A stretch of 64,000 nucleotides of DNA from an uncultured Chlamydiales bacterium (lineage in GTDB: Bacteria > Chlamydiota > Chlamydiia > Chlamydiales > JAAKFR01), in the NCBI GenBank assembly GCA_963705695.1, contig CAVPKN010000012.1:12702-76701 (forward strand). Reading direction: 5' to 3'. The notes beneath the pieces were generated by a model. The model was not told the DNA's origin. It did not search any database and saw only the letters and a program-made list of their open reading frames with translations. Both the position numbers and the translations under genes were made by a program. Shown here piece by piece: positions 30,468 to 41,320 of this stretch; the first letter of the stretch is position 1, and every line of letters starts with the position of its first letter.

Positions 30468-30914
30468 ATGAAAAAATCTTTACTCGGATTAATTCTATTA
30501 ACAGCATGTTCCTTAGGAGCTGCTCAACTCTCATTAGAGGAAGCCAAAATGATGGCTTATGCCGCGTCGGCAAAAGCCGAAGAAATGGGTATCAAGGTAT
30601 CGGTATCTATTTTGGATCAACATGGTAATACTAAGCTATTTTTCAGAATGGATGGCACCTCAAAAGGGAGTACAGAAGTGGCCCATCTTAAAGCCAACAC
30701 ATCGGCATCGTTTCGGGTCTCTTCCCGCAAATTGGGAGAAAATAACCTAAACCAACCCAATTACGCCTACAACCATTTTCCTAATGTCATCCTGCTCCCT
30801 GAGCGAGTACCCGTTATCAAAGAGGGGGAATGTGTGGGTGGAATCGGTGTTAGCGGCGCGACTGGTGATCAAGATGAAATGGTCGCCCAGACCGCCATCG
30901 ACGCCCTCAGCTAA
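30468..30914 (+). CDS. GlcG/HbpS (DUF336) heme-binding protein
   Basis: Signal peptide; ILDQHG...RMDG, KANTS, GGIGVSGA...QD. Confidence 0.88.
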   Translation: MKKSLLGLILLTACSLGAAQLSLEEAKMMAYAASAKAEEMGIKVSVSILDQHGNTKLFFRMDGTSKGSTEVAHLKANTSASFRVSSRKLGENNLNQPNYAYNHFPNVILLPERVPVIKEGECVGGIGVSGATGDQDEMVAQTAIDALS

Positions 30915-30918
30915 TCTC

Positions 30919-31180
30919 ACGCCGTGTGCAACTTTTTTGCCACTCAGGAGCGGCTGCGGCTTTGCCATATCAATCCTCCCTCGTCGGACGTGGCCCAAGG
31001 CTATGCCACCCTACGCTTCGCTCCGGGCCGCCTCGGTGCCCTTCGGGCACTCTTGGACGATTTCCCTTAGCCAACCCCCACCGGAGGTTGGCTAAGTGTC
31101 CAACGTCCTCATTCGGAGCACTTCGTTTTGATCTGGCTTGGCCTCGCTCGCTCCTGAGTGGCAAAAAATTTTCACACGGC
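30919..31180. mobile_element. Family G MITE with 9-bp direct repeat
   Basis: 33-bp TIR CGCCGTGTG...GCCACTCAGGAGCG (2 mismatches); GCTAATCTC repeated at 30910-30918 and 31181-31189; internal hairpins. Confidence 0.88.
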
Positions 31181-31309
31181 GCTAATCTCCCATTAAATAG
31201 GAGGCACCTCTGCCTCCTCCTTACCCCGGTGTCGCCATACCGCTTAGTTTATGCAGCGATATTAATCTTTCTGTCGCCCAAACAAGCGGTGCCAAAACTA
31301 GAGTTGCTG

Positions 31310-33262
31310 TTACAAGAAGGAGAAGAGGCGAGAGATATCTTGGAAGGTGAGGAAGATCAGGAGGCCGATAAGTGCGGACAACAAAAGGGATGATGAGTCG
31401 CTCCATGGTTTTGGCTTTGAGTTTTCTCCGGGTGATCAGTTCCCAGAGGGAGAGACAGATATAGCCACCGTCGAGAATCGGGATGGGAAGAAGATTGAGG
31501 AAGCCGAGATTCACGCTAATGGCGCCGAGCCAGAAGAGAGCTTCCTTCACCCCCAATTGCCATCCATGATGGAGGACTTGAACAATGCCCACGGGGCCAC
31601 TGAGCCATTTGGGGTTAAGATACCCTGTGATCAATGCCTTTAAAGTTTGCCATGTCTCGGTAAAAACCGCTCCAAAAAGGGTCCAAGGAGCCGGATTATA
31701 ATTCACTTTTCGATCTTGTAGATAAACTCCCAGAAGCAGCTTTTTTTGGCTATATTCTAAAGCGCGATGCCTGTCATCCTTTTACTGGGATCACGCATCC
31801 TCTCTATTGTCTCCTTTTTCTTCTGATACGCTTCTCGGATTTGGGCCTGTGCTTCAGGGGACAACACAAAACGATCGACCGGCTTCGGCTCAACCGGTTT
31901 CAAAAGGGTGTAATGATTGGAGGTAGGTGATGCCTGAGAAGAGCCTATGGAGAGACTTAGATTCGCAATGAGCCTCTCATTCAGATGCTCTTCAAAAATT
32001 TGATCCTCCTGGGTCCATGAGGCTGTTTGATTGGCGGGCTGCTTCCTCTCAACGATGATTTGGATCTTATGCTGCTGCAACAAATCGAGAATTTGATACC
32101 CTTTGTTAACTGCAATGCCATCGACAGCCACGATCCGATCTCCCGCTTCAAGCCTCCGCTCCAGTTGAGAATAGGGATGCGCTTCAAAGGCCGTTTCTTT
32201 ATCACGGGAATCGATAAAATCGAGAGGTGCCTCAACATACCCTTCACTATTGAGAATATAGGGGAGCATGTAGAGATCTTGGGAGCGCCCCTCAAATGCA
32301 TTTCATACTGCCAATCGCAGTTGTCTCATTTTTGACATGGGAAGGCAAAATCAAATCGCTGACAATGACACGGGGTTGTCGTGTATTGAACCGCTCCCTC
32401 CCCTCATTACAGTGAGCAATGCTTTCCCCTGATTCATGATATGACTCAGCTGCTCCATCGAAAAAAGGAGTATCCCGTCAGCCCAAACGAGACGATCTTG
32501 GTATTCAATCCCACTGCCGAGCATGGGGGAGCCCTCCGGCATCGGATTATCTCTTCCGTTAGGGTAACGATCGTAGATCAAATAACTCGCTGTGGCTGTA
32601 ATCCCTGTTGTCAAGATGCCCTCTAATGCCTGGGGGGCTTAATTCCTTGATGGTATAATTAAAGGGCTGCTTTATCCCTTTGACATAATCGACATGGTAA
32701 CCAGATAACTGAATATCCTTTCCACTGAGCATGGCTGCATAGAGGAGATCTTTCGAATTTGTATAGGGCTTTCCATTATACGCCATGAGTAGATCACCTG
32801 GTCTCACTCCTAATGCGTAAAGCTCTGATTGGGGCTCCACCCAGCCGATAATATGGGTAAATTCACTAAACGGTTTCCCCGCCCCCCCATCGCCCAAATC
32901 GCAGCGAACAAAAGGAAAGCCAAAATAAAATTAGCAAAAGGGCCGCTGCAGGCAACCAATATTCTTCGCCAGGGAGACTTGGAGAAAAAACCATTGGGAA
33001 TGGAGTAGGGGTCGTTGTAGGTAAATTTATCCTTTTTACCAAACTCCATTCCGGCAATTTTGACATACCCTCCAAAGGGGAGCCATGCCAGCTGCCAGTC
33101 GACTTGATGCCACCGCCATTTGAATAATGGCTTGCCAAAACCGATGCTAAAGATCTCTACGTTCATCCCCATTTTTTTGGCGACGAAATAATGACCGAGC
33201 TCATGTATAAAAACGAGAATTCCAAGGCCGATCGCGGCTAAAATGAAATAAAGAATGGTCAT
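31310..33262 (-). CDS. rseP: RseP site-2 metalloprotease with PDZ domains (frameshifted)
   Basis: IHELGH, PFGGYVKI, GPFANF, NLLPIPILDGG. Confidence 0.92.
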
Positions 33263-34395
33263 GCGACGTGCGCCTCCCTTCTCGCTTCGTAATCAACCTC
33301 CAAAATAGTCTCTAATGAGTTCGCGGTAATCACACGGTGTTTATTTAAAAGTGTTTCCAAGAGGGTGGCAATTGCGTTCCAGGAGATCTCTTTTTTCAAA
33401 AAGCGTGCCACCAAAACCTCATTGGCTGCATTCAAATAAGCCGGACTACTTCCCCCTCTCTTCATCGATTCCTGCGCCAATCTCAGAGCAGGAAAACGAT
33501 CGGTATCGGGGGGAAGAAAAGTAAACTGGTGGTTTTTCAAAAAATCAAATGGAGGGAAGATCCCCTTTTTTCTTTCCGGGTAAGTCATCGCATATTGGAT
33601 CGGGTAGATCATATTTGGCTCATTGATTTGCGCTAACATGGAGCCATCAATAAATTCCACAAAACTATGGATTAGGCTTTGTGGGTGAATCACGACCTCA
33701 ATTTTTTCCGGAGGAAGGTTAAAGAGCCAACGGGCTTCCATCATTTCAAGCCCTTTATTGAGAAGGGTGGAGCAATCGATCGTCACTTTTGGCCCCATGT
33801 TCCATGTGGGATGGGAAAGCGCCTGTTCCACTGTAACGGCAGCGAGTTGCTCTTTTGCCAATTGACGGAAAGGGCCTCCCGATGCCGTAAGGATCACGCG
33901 GTGGACCTCCTCCATTCTCCTTCCCTCCAAACATTGAAAAAGAGCGCTATGCTCACTATCGATTGGGAGAAGGGACACCTGTTTTTCTTTCGCAAGATTG
34001 CTGATGTATTCACCCGCTGAGACTAAGACCTCTTTGCTGGCCAGGCCGATCGATTTTTGCGCTTTAAGGGCATGGATCGTAGGTCGCAATGCTGCCATCC
34101 CCACAATGGCCATGACCACGAAATCAACTGATGGGGAGGAAACAATCTCCTCTAATCCCTCCTCACCAGAAAGAATTTTGACATGGGGAAAATGCCCCTT
34201 CAACCAGCGCGCCTTTTCAGGAGAAGAGATCGCCACCATCTCTGGATGAAATTGTTCGATCTGTTCACTCAGGAGTTCCACATTTGAGTGTGCCGCCAGT
34301 GCGGTCACTTTAAATTCAGTGGGGAGATGCGCCACGATTTGAAGCGTGCTTTTACCAATTGAACCCGTGCTACCGAGTACAGCAATTTTTTTCAT
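33259..34395 (-). CDS. dxr: 1-deoxy-D-xylulose 5-phosphate reductoisomerase
   Basis: MKKIAVLGSTGSIG, LPIDSEHSA, TASGGPFR, NKGLE. Confidence 0.96.
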   Translation of the reverse strand: MKKIAVLGSTGSIGKSTLQIVAHLPTEFKVTALAAHSNVELLSEQIEQFHPEMVAISSPEKARWLKGHFPHVKILSGEEGLEEIVSSPSVDFVVMAIVGMAALRPTIHALKAQKSIGLASKEVLVSAGEYISNLAKEKQVSLLPIDSEHSALFQCLEGRRMEEVHRVILTASGGPFRQLAKEQLAAVTVEQALSHPTWNMGPKVTIDCSTLLNKGLEMMEARWLFNLPPEKIEVVIHPQSLIHSFVEFIDGSMLAQINEPNMIYPIQYAMTYPERKKGIFPPFDFLKNHQFTFLPPDTDRFPALRLAQESMKRGGSSPAYLNAANEVLVARFLKKEISWNAIATLLETLLNKHRVITANSLETILEVDYEARREAHVA

Positions 34396-35386
34396 GTCCC
34401 CCTGGCATTTTTTCGAGGAAATTTTTGGAGTTTGGATCATACCGGTATCGGTAGCAAATGTCAATTAACGAGTTCACGGCCAATGTCACTAGGTAGAAGA
34501 TTCCCAAGACGATGATCACTAAACCACCGGTAGAGAGCCCGATGCCCCAAAAAGTTAAAATATGTCTTGACAGAGCAACACCCACAACAGCCGCACAGAG
34601 TCCAATGAGTGCCGCACCGGCAATCATGTAGGGAAGGCGGTGGGTCATGCGACGCGCTGTCAAGGGAGGGAAAATCAGAAAAGCAAGGACCATGATCACC
34701 CCAACCGCCTTAAAGGCGGCGATGGCGGTTGCCGATGTTTGCACCATGAGCAAATAATTAAATAGGATGGGGGAGAAACCAAAAGCGCGCGCCAAATTGG
34801 GATCAAAGGTGGTGATTTGAAATCCGTAATAGAGGAGCAGAAAGAGAGTCGCATTGATTCCTAATACAGTAGCGACGATCTTAATATCCCCCTTTTGCAA
34901 CGCATCTACACTTCCCATGACCAGCTCTGTCCCCACATGCACATTGCGACTCAACAAAGAGAGAAGGATAATGCCAAGAGCAAACAGGAGAGAGAAAACG
35001 AGTCCTATGCTGGCATCCTCCTGCAGCTTCATGATTCGACTGAGGAACTCCGTCATGAACGTTGTGGCGATACCCGTGATGAGTGCGGCTACCATCAAAA
35101 CAGAAATGGTCAACTCTGGCGTTATCCAATAGGCGATTACAATGCCTAGTAAAATCGTATGGGAAAGAGCATTGGCTAACATTGCCATCTTCCTGAGGAT
35201 AAGGAACGATCCCACCATTGCAGCCGTTATCGCCACCGCTGAGAGCACAATGATTTGAATTTCATCGGTAGCCCACTCATTCCAGGAAAGACGCCCACAC
35301 AGAAAGGCAAAGAGCCGGTAGAAAAAAAGGGGAAAAAACTCTAAAAAATTCAGATCTGTATAGGGATTATGATAGAAGGTTGACAC
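34370..35386 (-). CDS. ytgD: Metal ABC transporter permease (TroD-like)
   Basis: ANALSHTILLG, FSLLFALG; last gene of the ytg operon; 3' end uncertain. Confidence 0.88.
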   Translation of the reverse strand: MSTFYHNPYTDLNFLEFFPLFFYRLFAFLCGRLSWNEWATDEIQIIVLSAVAITAAMVGSFLILRKMAMLANALSHTILLGIVIAYWITPELTISVLMVAALITGIATTFMTEFLSRIMKLQEDASIGLVFSLLFALGIILLSLLSRNVHVGTELVMGSVDALQKGDIKIVATVLGINATLFLLLYYGFQITTFDPNLARAFGFSPILFNYLLMVQTSATAIAAFKAVGVIMVLAFLIFPPLTARRMTHRLPYMIAGAALIGLCAAVVGVALSRHILTFWGIGLSTGGLVIIVLGIFYLVTLAVNSLIDICYRYRYDPNSKNFLEKMPGGHEKNCCTR

Positions 35387-36700
35387 TCTCCTCCAATGCA
35401 GGGATCGGTTGGTGGTGGGGATCTCGCTGTGGATTATCCAACAGATCGGTTAATTCTTTTTCGAGCGCTGGCGTGAGAATGTGCTCCATCTCCTCAGCGC
35501 TTTTGTGAACTCGCTCCACTTTCAACCCTAAAGAATTGACCAAATAGACCTCCCATAAACGGTGGAGACGGAACGATTCTTGCCCCCTGTTTGCTCCCTG
35601 TAGCCGTTAAAAGATATCTCCCCTCTTTTTTTTCAATGAGCTTGCGGGCAGATCAACCGATAGAGGAGGAGGTGAACAAAAAAAGAGGAGAATCCTAGCC
35701 TTGAGGCAATTTTTGTCCCCTCAACCCATTTCTCCCCACTTTGGTTCAGTCGCCACAATGCCTTCAGTAGATTGTCTTCGATACAGAGGATTCTAAATTT
35801 CAAAATGCGCATATAACGGATAGCCAACCCCCTTTTGGGGGCAAAAAATAGAGCATAGAGAGCCAGCAAGCCGCTGACTAAAACAATCGTTGGGCCTGTA
35901 GGAACCGAGTAGTGACCCGTTATTTTTTCCGTGAGAAGCACCGAGAGATAGACTCCAAAAAAGCCACTCATGGCACCAAAGAGTCCCGCCAAAGCGAACA
36001 TATGGGAAAACCGATTGGTAAATTGCCGTGCCGCCACTGCTGGCGCAATCAGCATCGCCGACATTAAAATCACGCCAACACACCGAATGCCAATGACTAA
36101 CGCTAAAACAATCAGAACAAAAATAAGAGGCTCCAAAACCTTGGAAGCAATTCCAATGGCTTGAGCAAATGGCCGATCGAAAGAGAGAATGAAGATCTCT
36201 CGATAAAAAATGATAATAAACAAAAGAATCACTCCCGCCAGAGCACCATAGATCACGATATGAATATCGGTCATTGTTGCAGCTTGTCCATAGAGATAGG
36301 CCTGCATTTGCCGAAAAAGGTGGGCGTAGGCATTTTGTGCGAAACTGGCTATCGTAATTCCAATGGCAAAAAAGAGAGCGAGAATTGCAGTGAGAGCAGA
36401 GTCGGCTGGTATTCTAAACCTTCTCTCTAATTTTTCGATGGCCCAAAATCCAATCAAGGCGGAAACAAACCCTCCTGCAAGCACCAAAAGGGGCATCTCC
36501 CTCTCGAGAGAAAAAAAACCTCCCATTACAAGAGCAGCTGTCACTCCTGGATAAGTTGCATGTGCCAGAGCCTCTCCAAGTAAAGAGCGCTTCCTCACAA
36601 AGACAATCACACCCATTAGAGCTGCCACAAAGCCCATCAACATCGAACCTAAAGTGGGCGCTCGCAAGATAGGATCTGTGAAAAAAAGAAAAAAGTTCAT
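35367..36700 (-). CDS. ytgC: Metal ABC permease fused to a DtxR-like repressor (YtgC/YtgR, frameshifted)
   Basis: ALAHATYPG permease; downstream frame RLHRLWEVYL...AEEMEHIL...DPHHQPIP. Confidence 0.9.
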
Positions 36701-37470
36701 GCGCTTGCAAAGCCACCCACTTTTTCTTGGGAGAGGCGAGCGGCTTCGTCGAGTAGCAGCGATTCATTCCCATACGTTTTTCGTATCATCTCTTGCGTGA
36801 AGATCTCCTCAACAGAGCCAGAAGCCACGAGTCGCATGTTAATCAACACCACCCAATCAAAGATCTCCCGCACTGTTTCCAAATCATGGTGGACAACAAG
36901 CAGTGTTTTACCCTGATCCCTCAGTCCGTGTAAAATAGAAACCATCATTTTTAAAGAGGAGATATCGATCCCGACAAAGGGTTCATCCATAAAATACAGG
37001 TCTGCCTGTTGAACGAGGGCTCTTGCTAAAAAGGCTCTCTGTTGTTGCCCTCCAGAAAGTTGACTGATTTGCCGCCCTGCTAGCGACTCTAGTCCGACTA
37101 ACTTAAGATAGGTAAACACATCGTCACGATCTTGACGGGAGGGGCGACGAAACAGACCTCCTCTCCCATATCTTCCCATCAAGACAAGGTCGAAAACCGT
37201 GATAGGAAAATCCCAATCCACTGTTTCTCTTTGCGGAATATAAGCGATTTTCCGCCTGACCTTCTTTAAAGCTTTTCCAAAAAAAGTGACAGTGCCCGTA
37301 ATCGGTGTGATCAAACCAAGAGAGGTTTTTAAAAGCGTACTCTTCCCTGCGCCATTGGGCCCCACAATGGCGACCATTTTTCCTGAGGGAATCGCTAAAG
37401 AAAGATCCCACAAAATGGGTGTTTTCTCGTAGTTGACCGTGAGTTGGTGGATCTCTACAGCTGGATTCAT
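36697..37470 (-). CDS. ytgB: Metal ABC ATPase
   Basis: GPNGAGKST, LSGGQQQR, MDEP, VVHHD. Confidence 0.93.
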   Translation of the reverse strand: MNPAVEIHQLTVNYEKTPILWDLSLAIPSGKMVAIVGPNGAGKSTLLKTSLGLITPITGTVTFFGKALKKVRRKIAYIPQRETVDWDFPITVFDLVLMGRYGRGGLFRRPSRQDRDDVFTYLKLVGLESLAGRQISQLSGGQQQRAFLARALVQQADLYFMDEPFVGIDISSLKMMVSILHGLRDQGKTLLVVHHDLETVREIFDWVVLINMRLVASGSVEEIFTQEMIRKTYGNESLLLDEAARLSQEKVGGFASA

Positions 37471-38429
37471 TGTGTGAGTTCCTGGGCAATGATTTTCACA
37501 TTATGATTCACCATCTCAAGGTAGGAGGTGGCGCTACCCATAGAGTCACTGAACAACGTGTCTTTGCAGAGGCGGAGCTCAAAACCTTTCTCCCGACAGG
37601 CGTTCACAATTTTTCTAAGCGAATCTTTGCAGACATTCGATTCGGGAAAGAGGACGTGGATTTGGTACGCTTCGATATGCGCCATAATCGCAATGATATC
37701 GCTCACACTCATGTGGGCTTCCGGAGCTAACCCTTCAGGTGCCATACATCGACGCTGCCAATCATCCTCCCCCTCAACCGCTAGATAGTGTCGGGTAAAA
37801 TAATGGAAAGCATCATGGCTCGTGACCAAATATCTTTTACCCTCATCGATCCTTTGGAGCATGGAAAAAGCCTCCCTATCAGCCTGCTGCATCATCTGCT
37901 TCACTTTCTCCCCGCGGAGTCGATATGCAGTCGCATGGGAAGGATCTTTTTCACAAAGGGCTGCCACTATCGGATCCGCGGCAGTGGCCCATAGGGCAAT
38001 ATCCATCCAAACGTGAGGATCGTACTGCCCGTCGACTTCGACCACAGCCCCAGGTATGTTGAGCAGAGGGTCGGCGACAGCAATTGCTTTCCCATTATGT
38101 TCCAGATTTTGTCTGAGACTAAGTCCATGCTCCAATCCCAGTCCGTTGTAGAAAATGAGATCAGCACGTGCAAATTTCTCATCGTCCCCTTTGACCAGTT
38201 CATAAGAGTGGGGATCGAGTTCCCCCCGAATGAGAGGAAGGGAATCCACATCCTCTCCACCGATCATCGCCACTAAGTCGTGGATCATCGCCGTGGTGGT
38301 CAGTATTTTTATTTTCCCATTGTCACTGTACCAAAGTCGGTCGCTCCTCTCCCGCCTTGTGCACCCCAAGAAAATGACCACGCACAATAAACTGACAACA
38401 AAAAATTTAAAACTAAACATGTGATTCAT
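37467..38429 (-). CDS. ytgA: Metal ABC substrate-binding lipoprotein
   Basis: LGC lipobox, DPHSYE, DPHVW, SHDAF. Confidence 0.93.
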   Translation of the reverse strand: MNHMFSFKFFVVSLLCVVIFLGCTRRERSDRLWYSDNGKIKILTTTAMIHDLVAMIGGEDVDSLPLIRGELDPHSYELVKGDDEKFARADLIFYNGLGLEHGLSLRQNLEHNGKAIAVADPLLNIPGAVVEVDGQYDPHVWMDIALWATAADPIVAALCEKDPSHATAYRLRGEKVKQMMQQADREAFSMLQRIDEGKRYLVTSHDAFHYFTRHYLAVEGEDDWQRRCMAPEGLAPEAHMSVSDIIAIMAHIEAYQIHVLFPESNVCKDSLRKIVNACREKGFELRLCKDTLFSDSMGSATSYLEMVNHNVKIIAQELTQ

Positions 38430-38570
38430 AAGTAGCAGTTTATTCTATTCCGATTTTTCCAGCCAATTGATTTACCGACAGAACAGCTTCTTAATTGCGC
38501 AAAATAGCTTACTTCCATAAAATGCCACAAAAATAGAAACAAGACACTTTAAAAAGTATGAGGGCAAAAA

Positions 38571-39047
38571 ATGGCACTGATGGAAAAAAATCGAGAGGAA
38601 CTAGAAAAACTCATTGATAAGGCGATAAAAAAAGTTCATGGGAAGCGGGAGAATGACCTCTGTAAATATCTTCCAGGTCCAGGTGGCGGTTATATGCATC
38701 ACTTCACACTCCGCAAGCTTAAAAATGCTGACCCCAGTCAACTTTTCTCACTCCTACAAACGTTTATCATTGATAACGATACTCCCCGCGTACTAAATCC
38801 AAAGACCCGAGCTCCACGGGGCTCCCGCAAACAATACGACTCCATCAATTTTAGTCGCGCCGATATGGAAAAAGTCCTTGAATTAGCCAGGCAAACTGGG
38901 GATCAAGATTTAATTTCAAGATTAAGTCCAAAACGGTCCTTGCCCGCTTTAAAAAAAGAACTTATTCGTTCCATTCGAGCTAACCTCGTCCATCATGATC
39001 TATGGAGTACCTATATTGAATTGGTGGGTGCGGTTACGAATATGTAA
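38571..39047 (+). CDS. Conserved chlamydial hypothetical protein (CT066-like by synteny)
   Basis: KENDLCKYLPG..GGYMHHFTLRK; lies between ytgA and the nucleotide transporter. Confidence 0.75.
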   Translation: MALMEKNREELEKLIDKAIKKVHGKRENDLCKYLPGPGGGYMHHFTLRKLKNADPSQLFSLLQTFIIDNDTPRVLNPKTRAPRGSRKQYDSINFSRADMEKVLELARQTGDQDLISRLSPKRSLPALKKELIRSIRANLVHHDLWSTYIELVGAVTNM

Positions 39048-39053
39048 GCCGCC

Positions 39054-39079
39054 ATCCCGGTCTTAAAAGACCGGGATTT
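39054..39079 (+). terminator. Terminator hairpin
   Basis: ATCCCGGTC-loop-GACCGGGAT-TT. Confidence 0.7.
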
Positions 39080-39168
39080 CTGTAAATTTCTCTTGCAAAA
39101 CGATTTCGCTAGTTTTATAATCCCTTCTCTTAGATTTTGCGATTAAACAAACATTGAGGATTGCCTAT

Positions 39169-40716
39169 ATGTCCAGTGAAACTAAAACGTTTGGGAAATG
39201 GCGCTCCTTTTTTTGGCCCATCCATGCTTTTGAGCTAAAAAAAGTGCTGCCCATGTTCCTAATGTTCTTTTGTATCTCTTTTAACTACACAATTCTGCGC
39301 GATACAAAAGACACTCTCTTAGTGACCGCTCCAGGTTCAGGCGCAGAAGCGATTCCTTTCGTCAAGGTGTGGCTTGTAGTCCCCTGTGCTGTGCTGTTCA
39401 TGCTGATCTATGCTAAACTCAGCAACATCTTAAACAAACAGAAATTGTTTTTTGCAGTGACAATCCCTTTCCTCATCTTTTTTGCTCTGTTTGCAATGGT
39501 CCTCTACCCTAATCGGGATTTCCTCCACCCAACAGTGATGGCTGATAACCTTCAATCGGCCCTTCCACAAGGTTTAATGGGAATGGTGGCGATTTTCCGT
39601 AACTGGACCTATGCTCTTTTCTATGTGCTTGCCGAATTGTGGGGAAGTGTGATGCTCTCATTAATGTTTTGGGGCTTTGCCAATGATATTACCCGTGTCG
39701 GTGAAGCAAAACGTTTTTATGCCCTTTTCGGAATTGGTGCAAACGTAGCGCTTCTCTGCTCTGGCCCTGCAATCGTTCTCGTATCGATATCCGCCGCAGA
39801 GTTCCTGAAGGGATCGACGCATGGGGAATTTCCTTGAATCTCTTGATGAGCATGGTTGTTATTGCTGGGATTGTTATGCTTGGGACCTACTGGTGGATCA
39901 ACCGCAACGTCTTCACTGATGCCCGTTTCTACGATCCCAATGAACAAACGAAGAAAAAGAAAGAGAAACCCAAATTAAGCATGGGCGAAAGCTTCAAATA
40001 TTTGGCAAAATCTCCTTACATTCTTTGCCTCGCTATTCTCGTTATCGCTTACGGTATTTCGATCAACATCATCGAAGTCACCTGGAAGAGCCAGCTGAAA
40101 TTGCAATACCCTAATGCAAATGATTACAGCACCTTTATGGGTTATTTCTCTACCTTCACAGGTGCCATTACTGTGTTGATGATGCTCTTTGTCGGTGGTA
40201 ACGTGATCCGCCGTTTTGGCTGGGGGACAGCTGCTCGATTACCCCTGTTGTTCTTTTGATCACAGGAGCCATTTTCTTTGCGCTTGGTGCTTTTCCGTGA
40301 CAATTTAGGAGGATGTTATTGCCGCATTAGGAACAACTCCTCTCATGTTGGCCGTTGTTGTCGGGATGGTTCAAAACATCATGAGTAAATCGGCAAAATA
40401 CTCTCTCTTTGATCCTACGAAAGAGATGGCTTATATCCCACTTGATCAGGAACAAAAGGTCAAAGGGAAAGCGGCTATCGACGTCGTCGGCGCCCGCCTT
40501 GGCAAATCGGGCGGATCCTTGATCCAACAAGGTCTCCTTGTGGTCTTTGGAACCATTGGCGCTATGACTCCATACCTCGCGGTTGTCTTAGGCGTCATTG
40601 TCTTCGCCTGGATCATTGCTGCAAGAGGGCTGAACAAACAGTTCCTCAATCTCACCTCTTCAAAAGAGACAGAGAAGGGGATCGAAACCAAAGAGGCAGC
40701 GAAAGCAGCCTCTTAA
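39169..40716 (+). CDS. npt1: ADP/ATP translocase (NTT/TLC family, frameshifted)
   Basis: WPIHAFELKK, FNYTILRDTKD, KYSLFDPTKEMAYIPLD, RLGKSGG. Confidence 0.93.
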
Positions 40717-40743
40717 GGTGGCAAAGAAAGTCACTCTCTTGTC

Positions 40744-40773
40744 AAAAAAGGAAGTCCTTAGGGACTTCCTTTT
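40744..40773. terminator. Bidirectional terminator
   Basis: AAAAAGGAAGTCC-loop-GGACTTCCTTTT between convergent genes. Confidence 0.85.
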
Positions 40774-40778
40774 TGTTA

Positions 40779-41078
40779 TTATTTCGTTTCAGTAGGCTCG
40801 TGGAATTCAAGATTCACCTCTTCCTGCTGCTCTCCCCCGCGTGCGGAGGGTCCATAGATCACATCGACAATCACCTGAAATCGATTTGTTGTTAGAACAT
40901 AGCCACTTGGTATCCTTCTGATATCGAGAATCACCTCTGTAGGTGGAAGCATACGCCTTAATTGAGGATTGCGAACAATATCACTGATCTCCTTGCTGCT
41001 CCGATCGAGTGGAGAGAGAGCAAACCCCGTTTGCAACAAAAGAAGAGCACTTAACGTAGAAAAAAGTATTTTTTTCAT
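40779..41078 (-). CDS. Small secreted hypothetical protein
   Basis: Signal peptide MKKILF...GFA. Confidence 0.7.
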   Translation of the reverse strand: MKKILFSTLSALLLLQTGFALSPLDRSSKEISDIVRNPQLRRMLPPTEVILDIRRIPSGYVLTTNRFQVIVDVIYGPSARGGEQQEEVNLEFHEPTETK

Positions 41079-41151
41079 ATAATACCCCCAAGTCTCTCTT
41101 ATTTTATCATCTTCAAAATTAAAATTTTACATATTTCATCCCCTCTCGTAA

Positions 41152-41280
41152 ACGGCAGGTGTCCAGAACAGTAACTGCCTATTCAATTAATATAATCCAT
41201 GTCAACACAATGATAACAACGATTTAACGATATAAGCGATAAATCGTTGTTATCGTTGTATCATTCTTATCGTTTTGCTA
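41152..41280. repeat. Family F dispersed repeat, copy 2
   Basis: TCCAGAACAGTAACTG-N20-CATGTCAACACAA, then an AACGAT/ATCGTT palindromic array. Confidence 0.75.
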
Positions 41281-41320
41281 ATCTGTTTTAACCATAAAGT
41301 GACTACTTAATTTTGAAACA

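Noticed and set aside
30747-31393. Several ORFs over the GC-rich stretch after the GlcG-like gene
   Set aside because: They traverse the Family G MITE; no coding signal
34396-34464. N-terminal extension of Dxr in the ORF track
   Set aside because: The family-typical start MKKIAVLGSTGS at 34395 has a GGGGG SD-like motif upstream
35367-36700. Permease-repressor fusion as a novelty
   Set aside because: The YtgC-YtgR fusion is established for chlamydiae
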